Shown here one piece after another: positions 1 to 9,796 of a DNA stretch of 64,000 nt. Every line of letters begins with the position of its first letter. Position 1 is the first letter of the stretch. Source of the DNA: Candidatus Thorarchaeota archaeon (GTDB lineage: Archaea > Asgardarchaeota > Thorarchaeia > Thorarchaeales > Thorarchaeaceae); the NCBI GenBank assembly GCA_048882485.1, contig JBHLRP010000005.1:34601-98600 (forward strand). Direction: 5' to 3'. Both the position numbers and the translations under genes were made by a program. The notes beneath the pieces are model-generated. The model saw only the letters and a list, made by a program, of their open reading frames with translations. It ran no database searches and was not told the origin of the DNA.

Positions 1-462
1 TTCGAGTTTCTCAATGAAGTAATCCATGAATTTCCTACCTTCTTCAGTGGTCACTATCTTATCGGCCGGCTGCAAAGGACGAAGATCGATTTTGTTCGCT
101 ACGATAACTGTGGGAGGCAGAGGGCCCATATTCTTGAACGCTTCAACCAACCACTTGGAAGCATTGTCAAAGGAGTCTCGATCAACTACTGAATAAACAA
201 GGACGATACCGTTGCATCCATGATAATAGTGGCCTCGGACCTTCTCGAATGTTGGTTGACCTGCCAAGTCCCAGATGATGAATTTCACGACGTTCTCGCC
301 AAATAATACCTTCTTGGTTGCGAGATCAACTCCTATTGTTGCGAGGTGACCCTCAATGAAGTCCTCTCCAAGATAATTGCGTCGTATGGACGTCTTCCCA
401 ACTGCCCCGTCGCCGATTAATACTGCTTTATAGATTAGGCTTCCATTATCTTGGTCTCGCAA
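1..462 (-). CDS. Rab-like small GTPase, 3' end beyond the window start
   Basis: Manual translation from TTG at 462 (GAGGT upstream): MRDQDNGSLIYKAVLIGDGAVGKTS...IGVDLA...KFIIWDLAGQ...YYHGC...ANKIDL. G1, G3 and G4 motifs are present. Absent from the ORF track because it runs off the edge. Confidence 0.92.
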   Translation of the reverse strand, partial: MRDQDNGSLIYKAVLIGDGAVGKTSIRRNYLGEDFIEGHLATIGVDLATKKVLFGENVVKFIIWDLAGQPTFEKVRGHYYHGCNGIVLVYSVVDRDSFDNASKWLVEAFKNMGPLPPTVIVANKIDLRPLQPADKIVTTEEGRKFMDYFIEKLE

Positions 463-601
463 TTACCTCATCTCCATGTTCGTCAACGCGTTATTTTGCC
501 CTGATTAAGTGCTCTTGGGTGCTCCCTAGGAATTGGTGAAAAACCTTTGTTACAGCACACAAGATAAGGTTAGTGTTATTATGCCAAATGCTCCAGAGAG
601 T

Positions 602-1213
602 TTAGATTTTGCTCTCAGTTCCTGTACTACGAACTTCTGCACGTTCAGGAATATTGACCTCTCCGGTTTCACTCATTAGGCTGATCAGCTCGCTGAAAGC
701 ATCCTGAACTCCTTCGCCAGTAAGAGCTGAGGTCTCTCTAAATGCTGTTGGAACTTCCATCCTCTCGCTGTAGAAGTTCGCGAATCTTATCCCCTCCTCT
801 GTGGAAATCATTGAATCGTCATGCTCTGCGGGACGGAGATCAATCTTGTTCGCAATCACAATGGTCGGAGGCAAGCTCCCCATGTATCTGTAGGCTTCAA
901 CAAGCCACTTCGTTGCATTGTCGAATGATTTTCTATTTATCACGGAATAGACAAGAAATATCCCATTGGCTCCCTGATAATAGTGACGACGCACCCTTTC
1001 AAAGGAGGGCTGGCCCGCAAGGTCCCAGATGATAAACTTCACCGTGCCAGTTTCATACTCGATTGACTTCTGAGCGAAGTCGACTCCAATTGTAGGAAGG
1101 TGTCCTTCCATGAAGTCCTCGCCGAGATAGTTTCTCTTGAGACTTGTTTTCCCGACGGCTCCGTCGCCAATGAGGACTGCCTTATACCAGCGTGTCCATC
1201 GGGAATCACTCAT
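602..1213 (-). CDS. Rab-like small GTPase
   Basis: GDGAVGKT (G1), IGVDF, WDLAGQ (G3), YYQGA, NKID (G4), ETSA (G5). ATG at 1213 is preferred over the TTG at 1219. Confidence 0.93.
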   Translation of the reverse strand: MSDSRWTRWYKAVLIGDGAVGKTSLKRNYLGEDFMEGHLPTIGVDFAQKSIEYETGTVKFIIWDLAGQPSFERVRRHYYQGANGIFLVYSVINRKSFDNATKWLVEAYRYMGSLPPTIVIANKIDLRPAEHDDSMISTEEGIRFANFYSERMEVPTAFRETSALTGEGVQDAFSELISLMSETGEVNIPERAEVRSTGTESKI

Positions 1214-1336
1214 TCTCAAACTCTCCTAGGAAATAGATACTATAACAATGACCCAAGTCTCTAGTTCCACACACTACGTATCCACAAAATGCTTTCCTTT
1301 TATGCACATAATTCTTTTCGTAAGAAAGGCGATAAT

Positions 1337-2563
1337 TCACATTTGATTCAAAATAGACGATTTTGCCTCTTTTGGACGCACTTTATCGATTTTTAGTTGC
1401 TCAGCTCTATGAAAATCCGCAAAATTCTTCAATCCTTCTACCAATCTTGCGATTCCCTCATCAGTTTTCCAGAATTCAGATTCCAGATATAGCGACTTCA
1501 ATTCTAGCACACCTTCTTTCCGATGCGCTTTTGCATCGACGCGACCTACAAGATTGCTGCCATCAAGTAGCGGGAGCGTGAAGTAGCCATACTTGCGCTT
1601 GTCAGCCGGCGTGTAGCACTCAAGTGCGTATTCAAAGTCCCAGATCTTCATTGGATAGTGGCGCTCGCGAATGATATTATCAAAAGGACTGAGGAGTTTG
1701 ACTGGTACTTGGTCATTCTCCGCATTAGACGCCATTCTGAGTCGACTAAGGTTCCTTTTGAGTACGAAGTAGCGTTCTTTCAGCATTGGAATCGAGGCCT
1801 CTTCAATAACTCCATCCTGAACCAACTCCTCTAGGTACTCTTCAATAGCCGCGGCTTTGTTCTTCCATAATACTCGAGATGGCATCCTACCCATATAGGT
1901 TCGAATATCTTCTTGACTCCCCAGACCTAGGGATTTCAATGTGGTTATCACGACGAACTCTGCAGCCTCATCATCAGAGAGTGGCTCAGAGTCAATTCCT
2001 GCCGGGAGTACCCTCTCTGTGAGATCATAATACTTCTGGAATCCCTTTCGATAGGGCACCATTAGCCGTCCTGTGTAGAATAGATACTCAAGAGCCCGCT
2101 TCTCGGCTTTCCAGTCCCACCAGCCGTCGGACTTTGTCTTCCTCTCTCCCATTGAGGCGCTGTTGACCACGCCATCCATCTTGACTTTCCTGTAAACCTG
2201 CTCTATGGTCTCTTTATTCTCCGCACTCCATTTCTTGAAAGAGTTCCAGAGGTCATCAGGATAGAACTGCTTCCGCCAAGCAGTAAAGGGATAGGTTTCC
2301 ATGGGCATTAGACATATAGCGTGAGACCACCATTCAAACAGCTTTCCTTCCTTCTGAGCTTTCCAGACATCGCCCTCTTTGTATCTCGGGAGCCTGTTCC
2401 ATGTGATGAGGTTGTGGCTCCGAGTTACAACTGATATGGTGTCAATCTGGATGTTGTGAATGCGATTAGCTACATCCATCATTGACTTGCTTGGCTTATC
2501 AGTTCTGAGACCCTGAATATCCAACGCAAACCTTCTTGCTTCTTCCAATGAAACCTCAATCAT
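1337..2563 (-). CDS. ycaQ: YcaQ/AlkZ-like (HTH_42) interstrand-crosslink DNA glycosylase
   Basis: IQIDTISVV (QxD), LFEWWSHA, WWDWK, YDLTERVLP, LLSPFDN, YALECYTP..KRKYGYF, VGRVDAK. Confidence 0.88.
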   Translation of the reverse strand: MIEVSLEEARRFALDIQGLRTDKPSKSMMDVANRIHNIQIDTISVVTRSHNLITWNRLPRYKEGDVWKAQKEGKLFEWWSHAICLMPMETYPFTAWRKQFYPDDLWNSFKKWSAENKETIEQVYRKVKMDGVVNSASMGERKTKSDGWWDWKAEKRALEYLFYTGRLMVPYRKGFQKYYDLTERVLPAGIDSEPLSDDEAAEFVVITTLKSLGLGSQEDIRTYMGRMPSRVLWKNKAAAIEEYLEELVQDGVIEEASIPMLKERYFVLKRNLSRLRMASNAENDQVPVKLLSPFDNIIRERHYPMKIWDFEYALECYTPADKRKYGYFTLPLLDGSNLVGRVDAKAHRKEGVLELKSLYLESEFWKTDEGIARLVEGLKNFADFHRAEQLKIDKVRPKEAKSSILNQM

Positions 2564-2936
2564 GTCAGACTTCCCACACTATTCCTCCTGATAATATCAT
2601 CTCTCTAAGAAGATGAGAATATCAGATGAAGACAAAACCACTCTCAAATTCGTGCATCAAATGCATCACCATTTTCACCTTCATATCATGGGATAGAGCG
2701 AGTGCTATTGAATAGACTCTCTCAAGACTCTTGAGGATTTCAAGGAGTTATTTGGGCATCTTGGAGGAACCAACCTTACTTGTCTTCATGGCAAATTCAG
2801 AGATTCGTTTCCCGTCATATCAATATAATTGGCCGCTCAGTTAGCACGAGAGGCATCCCCTCCCTCCCCAGCTGATGGGATTGTAGATATTATAAACAAG
2901 CTATCAAGTTGGAATATCAAGTTAATATGTGGGGAA

Positions 2937-3845
2937 ATGATAATGGTGATTATTGACGCTCATTGCCATATATGGGAAAAGAAACACCTAGGGTCATTGT
3001 TTATCAAAGACTTTCAAGGACTCGCAAAAATGCGGGGTTGGGATCTAAAACTGATGATGGATGGAACGGCGGACCGCTTAATTTACGAGATGGATGAGGC
3101 CGGAATCGATCAAGCTGTAGCCTTGGCGTTAGATGCTGAATTTATGACTACGGACGGGGCGACAGCGAAGGAGTACAACGATTACGTCGCCCAGCAGCTC
3201 CGAGCGTATCCCGATCGGTTGATTGGGTTCTGTGGGATTGATCCGCGGAGAGGAAAGGGAGCCATCCGCGAGTTGGAGCGCTGTGTCGGGGATCACGGGT
3301 TACGCGGAGTAAAACTGTGGCCTCTCACCGGGTTCTATCCCGACGACCCTGCATTTTATCCATTTTATGAACGGGTGGAGGAAATGGGCGTCCCTATCCT
3401 GTGCCATATGGGCCGGGGCCCGTCTTCCACGTACTTGAAGTATAATCGCCCGGCGTATGTCGACACCATCGCAGTGGATTTTCCCCACATTCCCATCATC
3501 ATGGCGCACATGGGGATCCCGTGGACGCAGGAAGCCTTCACCGTGGCCGGGAAAAATCCCAATGTCTATGTCGATCTTTCTTCAGTTCAACCTCTGTTCA
3601 AACAAGCTCCTGTGGTGTTTTTCCAAATCCTTAGTGAGGCGAAAATGACGTGCGGGGTGGAAAAGATTCTGTTTGGGAGCGACTGGCCTCTCTTTACACC
3701 ATTGTGTCCCCAACCCGAGTGGGTAGACGCCATCCAAACCATGGCCCTTCCACCGCCCCTTCAAGCAATGGGGGTTCCGGAGTTTACGGAGGCCGAGAAA
3801 CGTCTGATTCTCGGAGGCAACGCCAAAAAAGCCTTGGGGATATAG
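2937..3845 (+). CDS. Amidohydrolase_2 family metal-dependent hydrolase
   Basis: IIDAHCH, GVKL, HMG, MAHMG, VYVDLS, LFGSDWP, ILGGNA. Likely start is ATG 2937 or 2943. Confidence 0.88.
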   Translation: MIMVIIDAHCHIWEKKHLGSLFIKDFQGLAKMRGWDLKLMMDGTADRLIYEMDEAGIDQAVALALDAEFMTTDGATAKEYNDYVAQQLRAYPDRLIGFCGIDPRRGKGAIRELERCVGDHGLRGVKLWPLTGFYPDDPAFYPFYERVEEMGVPILCHMGRGPSSTYLKYNRPAYVDTIAVDFPHIPIIMAHMGIPWTQEAFTVAGKNPNVYVDLSSVQPLFKQAPVVFFQILSEAKMTCGVEKILFGSDWPLFTPLCPQPEWVDAIQTMALPPPLQAMGVPEFTEAEKRLILGGNAKKALGI

Positions 3846-3929
3846 AGCGGGGCACCGATTCCCTACGGTTTATCGCCGTTTTCGCATCGCTTCCATTCCT
3901 CGAGCACGCAGGTTTTTCTCCCACTGTTA

Positions 3930-4050
3930 TAATCTGGATGGAGTGAATTCTTTTCGCAACATCGAGTACTGAACGAATCAGGCGACTGGATTTAAGACCC
4001 TGAATATCGAGGATGAATCTCCTGGCCTGGTCAAGCGTGACCTCAAGCAT
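3930..4050 (-). pseudogene. Truncated 5' fragment of a second ycaQ/alkZ paralog
   Basis: MLEVTLDQARRFILDIQGLKSSRLIRSVLDVAKRIHSIQI aligns with the first ~40 aa of 1337..2563 (MIEVSLEEARRFALDIQGLRTDKPSKSMMDVANRIHNIQI). Similarity stops abruptly after that. Confidence 0.85.
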
Positions 4051-4171
4051 AGCGAGGCATCAATTTTCTGGTCTTAAGGGCATTTCTCTATTGCCAACGA
4101 GTTGATTGTTAGATGGCGGCTCAGCTTATTCTGAATGTCATCATCCTTTGAACTCGCTCTTCATCGCGAAC

Positions 4172-6901
4172 CTAGGACTTTCGATTCTGCGTAAAAATGA
4201 TGATCACGAGAACAACAATGACTCCAACAAGAGCTGCTATTATTCCAATCGAAGCATCGAAGGGGCCTGGTTGTGTCGGTGTTGTGGCTGTGGACTCAAG
4301 AACAGCAACTATGAATGATGCTGAAGCACTGTTTCCTTCGTTGTCAGTAACTGTGACACTCAGGTGATAACCTCCTGGAGCTAGGACAGTTTTGTTTGTC
4401 ACTAGTCCATCCGTGATTTCAAAATTGGTGGTGTCATCGATTGTCCAAGTGGCGATACCGGACAAGTCTGTAGCCATCAATTGATAACTCAATGGGTCTC
4501 CGAACATCAGTACTTTATCTGCTGGAGATTGAATCCAAGTGGGCGCTGTAGTGTCCACAACTCCAACGATATCAGAAACAGAAGTCCATGACCCTGAGTA
4601 GGGTTCCATATACACGGTATAGGCAATAGTTCCAACTGAATCGGGAATCCACGAATACGAGAAGGAATCACCTGATTTTGACATTGAGTGATTTACTCCA
4701 TTGAATTCCAATAGAACCTGTTTGATTCCAGTGATGTGAGTAACATCAATCGAGATAGTCATTGATTCTCCCAGCTCAATGGGACTCGTAGTTTCAGCGA
4801 GATTGGACCAAACTGGTGCACTCTCCAGAATTTCGTATCTGAAACTGCCTGTTGCCCATGGACTCCAAATCCCCATACTATCGCAAGTTCTGATACGCCA
4901 GTAGTATGTAGTTGCATTAACCAATGGTGAGCCGCTGTACTCTAGTGAATTTAATTCGTAGATGAAATCTAGAATCATGTTGTAAGTTGCAGTATCATTT
5001 CCTTCGTACATTTTAGAATCAAACGCACGATATCCACCTTGCCCGTTTTGAAATATCGCTCGTTGCTCTCCACTGACAAAACTATCGAATCTCAACTCTA
5101 CCATGAGATTGTGTGTATTTGAATAAAAGAATAGGTCATCCACATCAATAGCTAATACTCCTCCTATATCACGCACTATATACTCATCCGCAGATAGTAC
5201 TAGCGTTGGAGTCATCCCTGCGTAATTGCTATCCATATCTGTGTGACTAAGTTCTCCCTCTAGTGGAGTTTCGATAAGATAAACTGAGAAATTCTCGTAT
5301 ACGACATCACCAGTCATACCTGCAGGAAAGAGAATCCTGTCAATGATGCCTTCATCGTTAATCATACATCGATTGTATTTGAATTGAAATCTTCCTGAAT
5401 CTCCCAGACTTAGCCCAAATGGAATACTGTTTGTTATAACACCCTCTGAAAACACATCATAGCTTACAATTTCAAGTCTAAGACCGTGAGTTCGGGCACT
5501 AACAGCATCTGCAGTTGAACCGTAATATGCACCACCATCGGGCACAGGATCGGCGCTACCTGCAATTGAGCCACCACTAACTGTATAGTTGCAATTTACT
5601 ATTGTGCCCGATGCACCTGTATGCCGCAATTCAATAATCAGGTTTAAGCTAGATGATGCAACAAATGTGTTTTCTATATCGATTGTCATGAATCCATCTT
5701 TTGTGATTCCAGTAAATTCGGTTCGATTCAACACTTGAATTGGTGTCCCACCATCGTAATTAGCCTCGAAATCAGTCGTTAAGTCACTTGAATCGTCTAC
5801 ACTGATCATATAGATTGCCAAATCATTGTATGTTGTTGTCCCAGACAATTTGTCCATTTCAAATAATAGCTTGTCAACAACCCCAGATTTGGGAATCATT
5901 GATGAAGGCCATTTATATTGAAAACGCAATTCATAGGGGGCGTTGAAAGCATCACCTGGAGGTATTATTCCCGCTCCTCCGGTGTCATGTATAACTGAAA
6001 TCTCACTGTTATTTTTCCGCATCAAGAGTGTATCATCAAAGGCAGAGTTGTTCCATACTTCAAGTTCGAAATTCTTTTGAATATCATCTTGGTTTCCATC
6101 ATTAAATGTCCAACTGAACTCAGGATTTGCACTATTGATGTAGTCAATCTGAGGTGATTCTGAGAAACCATCGATCAATAGATTTGAAGTTGTTGGAACT
6201 GCATATTCAATTGATATATGGGGCATAATATAGTACCCTGAATCACCGAGAGTGATTGCATATTCTTTTGATGAAAACGCTAGATTTGAGGTGTCAGTTG
6301 TATTCTCATTTTCAAAGGCTAGAACTAGTGTAAGAATTCCATCTTGTTCAACCGTTTGAGCAACCTCTTCAGTTATGTCCCATTCATACCAGAAACCAAC
6401 GTCAAACATGTCTGGGCTTGCTGGTGAATCTATAACATCCACAGGGATTAAGTTGTACTCAGGTTGATTATTCCAAGTGATAGCATTCTCTGTCCATGAG
6501 TCGTTTTCAGACACGAAAATCCCTCTAGGATAATCTGCAGAACCAACACCTGAAACAGTGAATAGATTCACTGCTGCTTTTGCAAACTGAAGGTTATTTG
6601 GTAAATGAGTGAGGTTGAACTTCAACCATGAACGAGATATATCTCCACTCGCATTACTGCAATCAAGTAGGTTCGACAATTCATAATTCGTATCTGGAGT
6701 GCTCTCCAATACTGGTGCGTCATCGCTTATCCTGATCACAGTAACCTCGTATCCAGGCGTTGCAGCAAGAGTCGTAGACACACCTGCAATTTCACTCACT
6801 CCAGCGAAATTTGTAGCGATTGGAACTGCCGTAGAAACTATACTAAATGTCAATATGAAAATCAAAGTGATGGTGGTTCTTTTCAATGCAATACTCTCCA
6901 T
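4172..6901 (-). CDS. Large cell-surface protein: signal peptide, DNRLRE-like domain, split Fn3/Ig domain containing two tandem repeats, Ig-like domains, C-terminal TM anchor
   Basis: N-terminal hydrophobic signal; RSWLKFNL...SWTENAITWNNQP; YYWRIRT...WSPW; Thr/Pro linker followed by a TM helix and the basic tail NRKS. Confidence 0.75.
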   Translation of the reverse strand: MESIALKRTTITLIFILTFSIVSTAVPIATNFAGVSEIAGVSTTLAATPGYEVTVIRISDDAPVLESTPDTNYELSNLLDCSNASGDISRSWLKFNLTHLPNNLQFAKAAVNLFTVSGVGSADYPRGIFVSENDSWTENAITWNNQPEYNLIPVDVIDSPASPDMFDVGFWYEWDITEEVAQTVEQDGILTLVLAFENENTTDTSNLAFSSKEYAITLGDSGYYIMPHISIEYAVPTTSNLLIDGFSESPQIDYINSANPEFSWTFNDGNQDDIQKNFELEVWNNSAFDDTLLMRKNNSEISVIHDTGGAGIIPPGDAFNAPYELRFQYKWPSSMIPKSGVVDKLLFEMDKLSGTTTYNDLAIYMISVDDSSDLTTDFEANYDGGTPIQVLNRTEFTGITKDGFMTIDIENTFVASSSLNLIIELRHTGASGTIVNCNYTVSGGSIAGSADPVPDGGAYYGSTADAVSARTHGLRLEIVSYDVFSEGVITNSIPFGLSLGDSGRFQFKYNRCMINDEGIIDRILFPAGMTGDVVYENFSVYLIETPLEGELSHTDMDSNYAGMTPTLVLSADEYIVRDIGGVLAIDVDDLFFYSNTHNLMVELRFDSFVSGEQRAIFQNGQGGYRAFDSKMYEGNDTATYNMILDFIYELNSLEYSGSPLVNATTYYWRIRTCDSMGIWSPWATGSFRYEILESAPVWSNLAETTSPIELGESMTISIDVTHITGIKQVLLEFNGVNHSMSKSGDSFSYSWIPDSVGTIAYTVYMEPYSGSWTSVSDIVGVVDTTAPTWIQSPADKVLMFGDPLSYQLMATDLSGIATWTIDDTTNFEITDGLVTNKTVLAPGGYHLSVTVTDNEGNSASASFIVAVLESTATTPTQPGPFDASIGIIAALVGVIVVLVIIIFTQNRKS

Positions 6902-7094
6902 TGAGCTACTAGGAATTCATCTTACATTTGCAGAATACCTACATCTAGTTTGACCTGATGAATACAGAATGTTCATCCTATCATGCGACCAGACATCGAA
7001 TAAGTATATCATTATTCTTGAAATCTAAGTTACTTAGAAAGTGTTTTCTTTGATTAGAAGAAGACCACATCTCTGCAATTGGGATTCATCGACT

Positions 7095-8225
7095 TCAGAT
7101 AAACTCAAACCCATGTTCAAATTCCGCTTTCAACTGCTTTACAGTCTGTACTTTCATGTTTATCGAGAAGGCGCGAGCCAGCTTGTAGGCGTTCTCAAGT
7201 TCAGTCAGAAAATCTAAGAAGTCGGTCACTGCTTTGGATTTTGGACGAACCTGGCGAGTCTTCTTGACAAACTCGGACAATTGCTTTGTAACGAGAACGA
7301 TGTAATTTGCTACACGATCATAACTGGCAAGCATCAAATCAGAAAACGATACTACTGGACGGTAGTATTTCGGGCGAGACCCTGAAACTTTCACAATCCC
7401 CCTCTTTACAGCGTAGGCAAGAACTTCTGAAATGATGCTTCTAGGAAGGAGTGTTGCTCGTTCTATTTGATCCTGTGTGACACAACCTTCAAGCAGGACG
7501 CAATGAACTACCACCAGCTGGTTGGCTATCGCCTGAGAGAACAATGGATTCAGATAGGTCTTAATCCCCGTGAAGTATTCATTCTTTAGGAGCAAGATGT
7601 TGCCGGTCATATGGTCCTCGCCATCAGGGAGTCCTTCCTCCGTAATCGAGGTGACCTTCTTGAGCTTCAAAAGGAATTCTGACAGAGAACCTTTCTCCAA
7701 AACACTCTCATCCTGAAGACCGAGGTTTTTCAAGGATCCAGAAGACAGAGCCTTCTTGAATGGCTCAACACTGGCACTTCGCATTTGGTGAATCAGATTG
7801 AGATAGAGCCGCATATTTCTGAGATATCTTCTGAAACGTATGATTGTTTCATCCTCGTCATCCCAGGTATTGGATTTCTCAAGAATGGAATCAACTAGAT
7901 TGATGTCAACATCCTGTACGTCCACTCGTCTCTGTAGAAGATCAAGAACAAAGCTACTAGCTGCATCATCATAGGCATAGTAGTTCCTGCGGTTGCCCTT
8001 CTTCTTTACAGCACGTATTGGCAGAAGCAGCTGTATCTTTTGGATAGCAAGTGATACTGTAGCCTGGGAGTAGCCAGTAAGTTCCATTATCCTATCCTGA
8101 CTGACTGGTTCGTTTTCAGAACTAATGGCCATAACGCACCCAAAGAAATTGCGGGGGTAGGGATTTGCGCCATGGACTTCTTCCATGTATCGGATGAAGT
8201 CACGTTTCACTCTCTCAAGCTTCAT
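7095..8225 (-). CDS. Transcriptional regulator with two GbsR/MarR-like wHTH domains
   Basis: EPVSQDRIMELTGYSQATVSLAIQKI and VTQDQIERATLLPRSIISEVL. Likely start is ATG 8225 (MKLERVK). Confidence 0.75.
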   Translation of the reverse strand: MKLERVKRDFIRYMEEVHGANPYPRNFFGCVMAISSENEPVSQDRIMELTGYSQATVSLAIQKIQLLLPIRAVKKKGNRRNYYAYDDAASSFVLDLLQRRVDVQDVDINLVDSILEKSNTWDDEDETIIRFRRYLRNMRLYLNLIHQMRSASVEPFKKALSSGSLKNLGLQDESVLEKGSLSEFLLKLKKVTSITEEGLPDGEDHMTGNILLLKNEYFTGIKTYLNPLFSQAIANQLVVVHCVLLEGCVTQDQIERATLLPRSIISEVLAYAVKRGIVKVSGSRPKYYRPVVSFSDLMLASYDRVANYIVLVTKQLSEFVKKTRQVRPKSKAVTDFLDFLTELENAYKLARAFSINMKVQTVKQLKAEFEHGFEFI

Positions 8226-8248
8226 GTCTACAGTCTCTCGAGATTGCT

Positions 8249-8279
8249 TATTTCGTAAATATTTAAAAGTTACGAAATA
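8249..8279. promoter_or_regulatory. Inverted repeat TATTTCGTAA-N11-TTACGAAATA enclosing a TATA-like box in a divergent promoter
   Basis: Perfect 10-bp arms; the spacer contains TATTTAAA. Confidence 0.7.
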
Positions 8280-8297
8280 TAATATTGTGTGAAGAAA

Positions 8298-9698
8298 ATG
8301 ATTACTACTGAAGAGAGTAAACCATACAAGCGAATCATTACAGGGCAGGAACGTCGATTCCTTTTTGGTCCCAATGCACACATCTCATTGGTACTAAGAC
8401 TCAAAAGCCAGGTGTCAGAACAGGCGCTGGAAGCGGCTGTTGAGAAAATGCTCAAAACCTATCCTCAGTTCGGAGTGCGGATTGAGTGGGATGAAGCTGG
8501 AGTCCATGACTCTACGACTGAGGGAGCTGCAAAGATTCCTGTGAAAGCGTACACACGTGAGTCTGATTGTCACTGGATAGATGTATTGAACCTTGAACAT
8601 GCTATTCCGCTGAGACCCTCCAAAGGTCCGTTGACCCGCTTCATTCTTGTGAAAGGGGACAACACTTCAGAGCTAATAGTATTCTGCCATCATACAATCA
8701 GTGATGGTAGGTCTCTAGAGTTTGCACTTAGAGAGGTGCTTCTACATCTCAACGATCCCAAAAGGAAATCACCGGAGTTTCTAGATGTGCCGCCGCAGAC
8801 TTTGGAAATATTCCCCAAAGGTTCAGAGTGGGGGCGTGTCAAAAGGAGCCTTGTGGGTAGGATCAACAAGAATTGGCAGAGAGAAAAGGTCCTATTTGAT
8901 GAGGAAGATCTGGTGAACATCTGGGAGGCTTCTTGGAAGAACACATCCTATGGCATCGAGATTATCGAGTTTGATGAAACTGAGACAGAACGATTAGTTG
9001 AGGTCTCCAGGGAGAATGATGTTACCCTCAATTCCGCACTTCTGATTGCACTTCTAAAAGCACGAATTGACTCGGTTGGACCCTACGATGGCAAGGCGAA
9101 GGTTGCCACAGCAGTGGATGCCAGAAAGAGACTGCAGATTGACTGCAGTGATGCGGTAGGATTCTACGCAGGCGGCTCTTTCATGGAATTCAAGTATAAG
9201 GAGAGTGCGTCACTATGGGACAATGTGCGCGTCTACCACAAAGCTGTAAGCAAGGATTTGGAAAACAATAATGTCTTTGAGACTGTTGTCAGTCATCATT
9301 ATCTTGACCAAACTCTGGTTGATGCCATGTCAGTTGCTTTCTACGGTGACCAAATCGAACCTCATCAGAGTCGATACTCAAAGCTGTCCGCATATGCGAG
9401 TAAGAAGGACGGAATGGTTACGAAATATCTTGAGAGAATTGGAGGCAGAGCACCTGATATCATCAGCACTAACTTAGGCAAGCTAGGCATTCCTGACAAG
9501 ATATCTGGTATTGAAGTTGAGAGGGCATTCTTCACACCATCAGCTGGCATGAAGATGGAGATTGTCCTCGGCATTGCCACGGTGAGTGGGAAGCTGACTT
9601 TGACCTTGAACTACTATCATGGATATGCTGATAGCGAAGCCATCAAGAAGATACGTGATAGAGCAGAGGAGATTCTGAGAAGTCTGATCGAAAACTGA
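8298..9698 (+). CDS. Condensation-domain / PapA5-like CoA-dependent acyltransferase
   Basis: HHTISDG (HHxxxDG), GPLTRFILV, VTLNSAL, STNLG, ATVSGKLTLTL. Confidence 0.8.
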   Translation: MITTEESKPYKRIITGQERRFLFGPNAHISLVLRLKSQVSEQALEAAVEKMLKTYPQFGVRIEWDEAGVHDSTTEGAAKIPVKAYTRESDCHWIDVLNLEHAIPLRPSKGPLTRFILVKGDNTSELIVFCHHTISDGRSLEFALREVLLHLNDPKRKSPEFLDVPPQTLEIFPKGSEWGRVKRSLVGRINKNWQREKVLFDEEDLVNIWEASWKNTSYGIEIIEFDETETERLVEVSRENDVTLNSALLIALLKARIDSVGPYDGKAKVATAVDARKRLQIDCSDAVGFYAGGSFMEFKYKESASLWDNVRVYHKAVSKDLENNNVFETVVSHHYLDQTLVDAMSVAFYGDQIEPHQSRYSKLSAYASKKDGMVTKYLERIGGRAPDIISTNLGKLGIPDKISGIEVERAFFTPSAGMKMEIVLGIATVSGKLTLTLNYYHGYADSEAIKKIRDRAEEILRSLIEN

Positions 9699-9739
9699 TT
9701 CAGTGATTCAGAGACCAGGTTCACGGACGTCAATGTTTA

Positions 9740-9779
9740 TATGTAGATGTCTACATAGGTATATGTAGAACTCTACATA
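9740..9779. promoter_or_regulatory. Two tandem PadR-type operators TATGTAGA-NN-TCTACATA (9740-9757 and 9762-9779)
   Basis: Two palindromes with perfect 8-bp arms at 22-bp spacing, directly after TTTATA and upstream of the PadR gene. Each contains ATGT-N8-ACAT. Confidence 0.85.
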
Positions 9780-9796
9780 AGTTGGTGACTATATAA

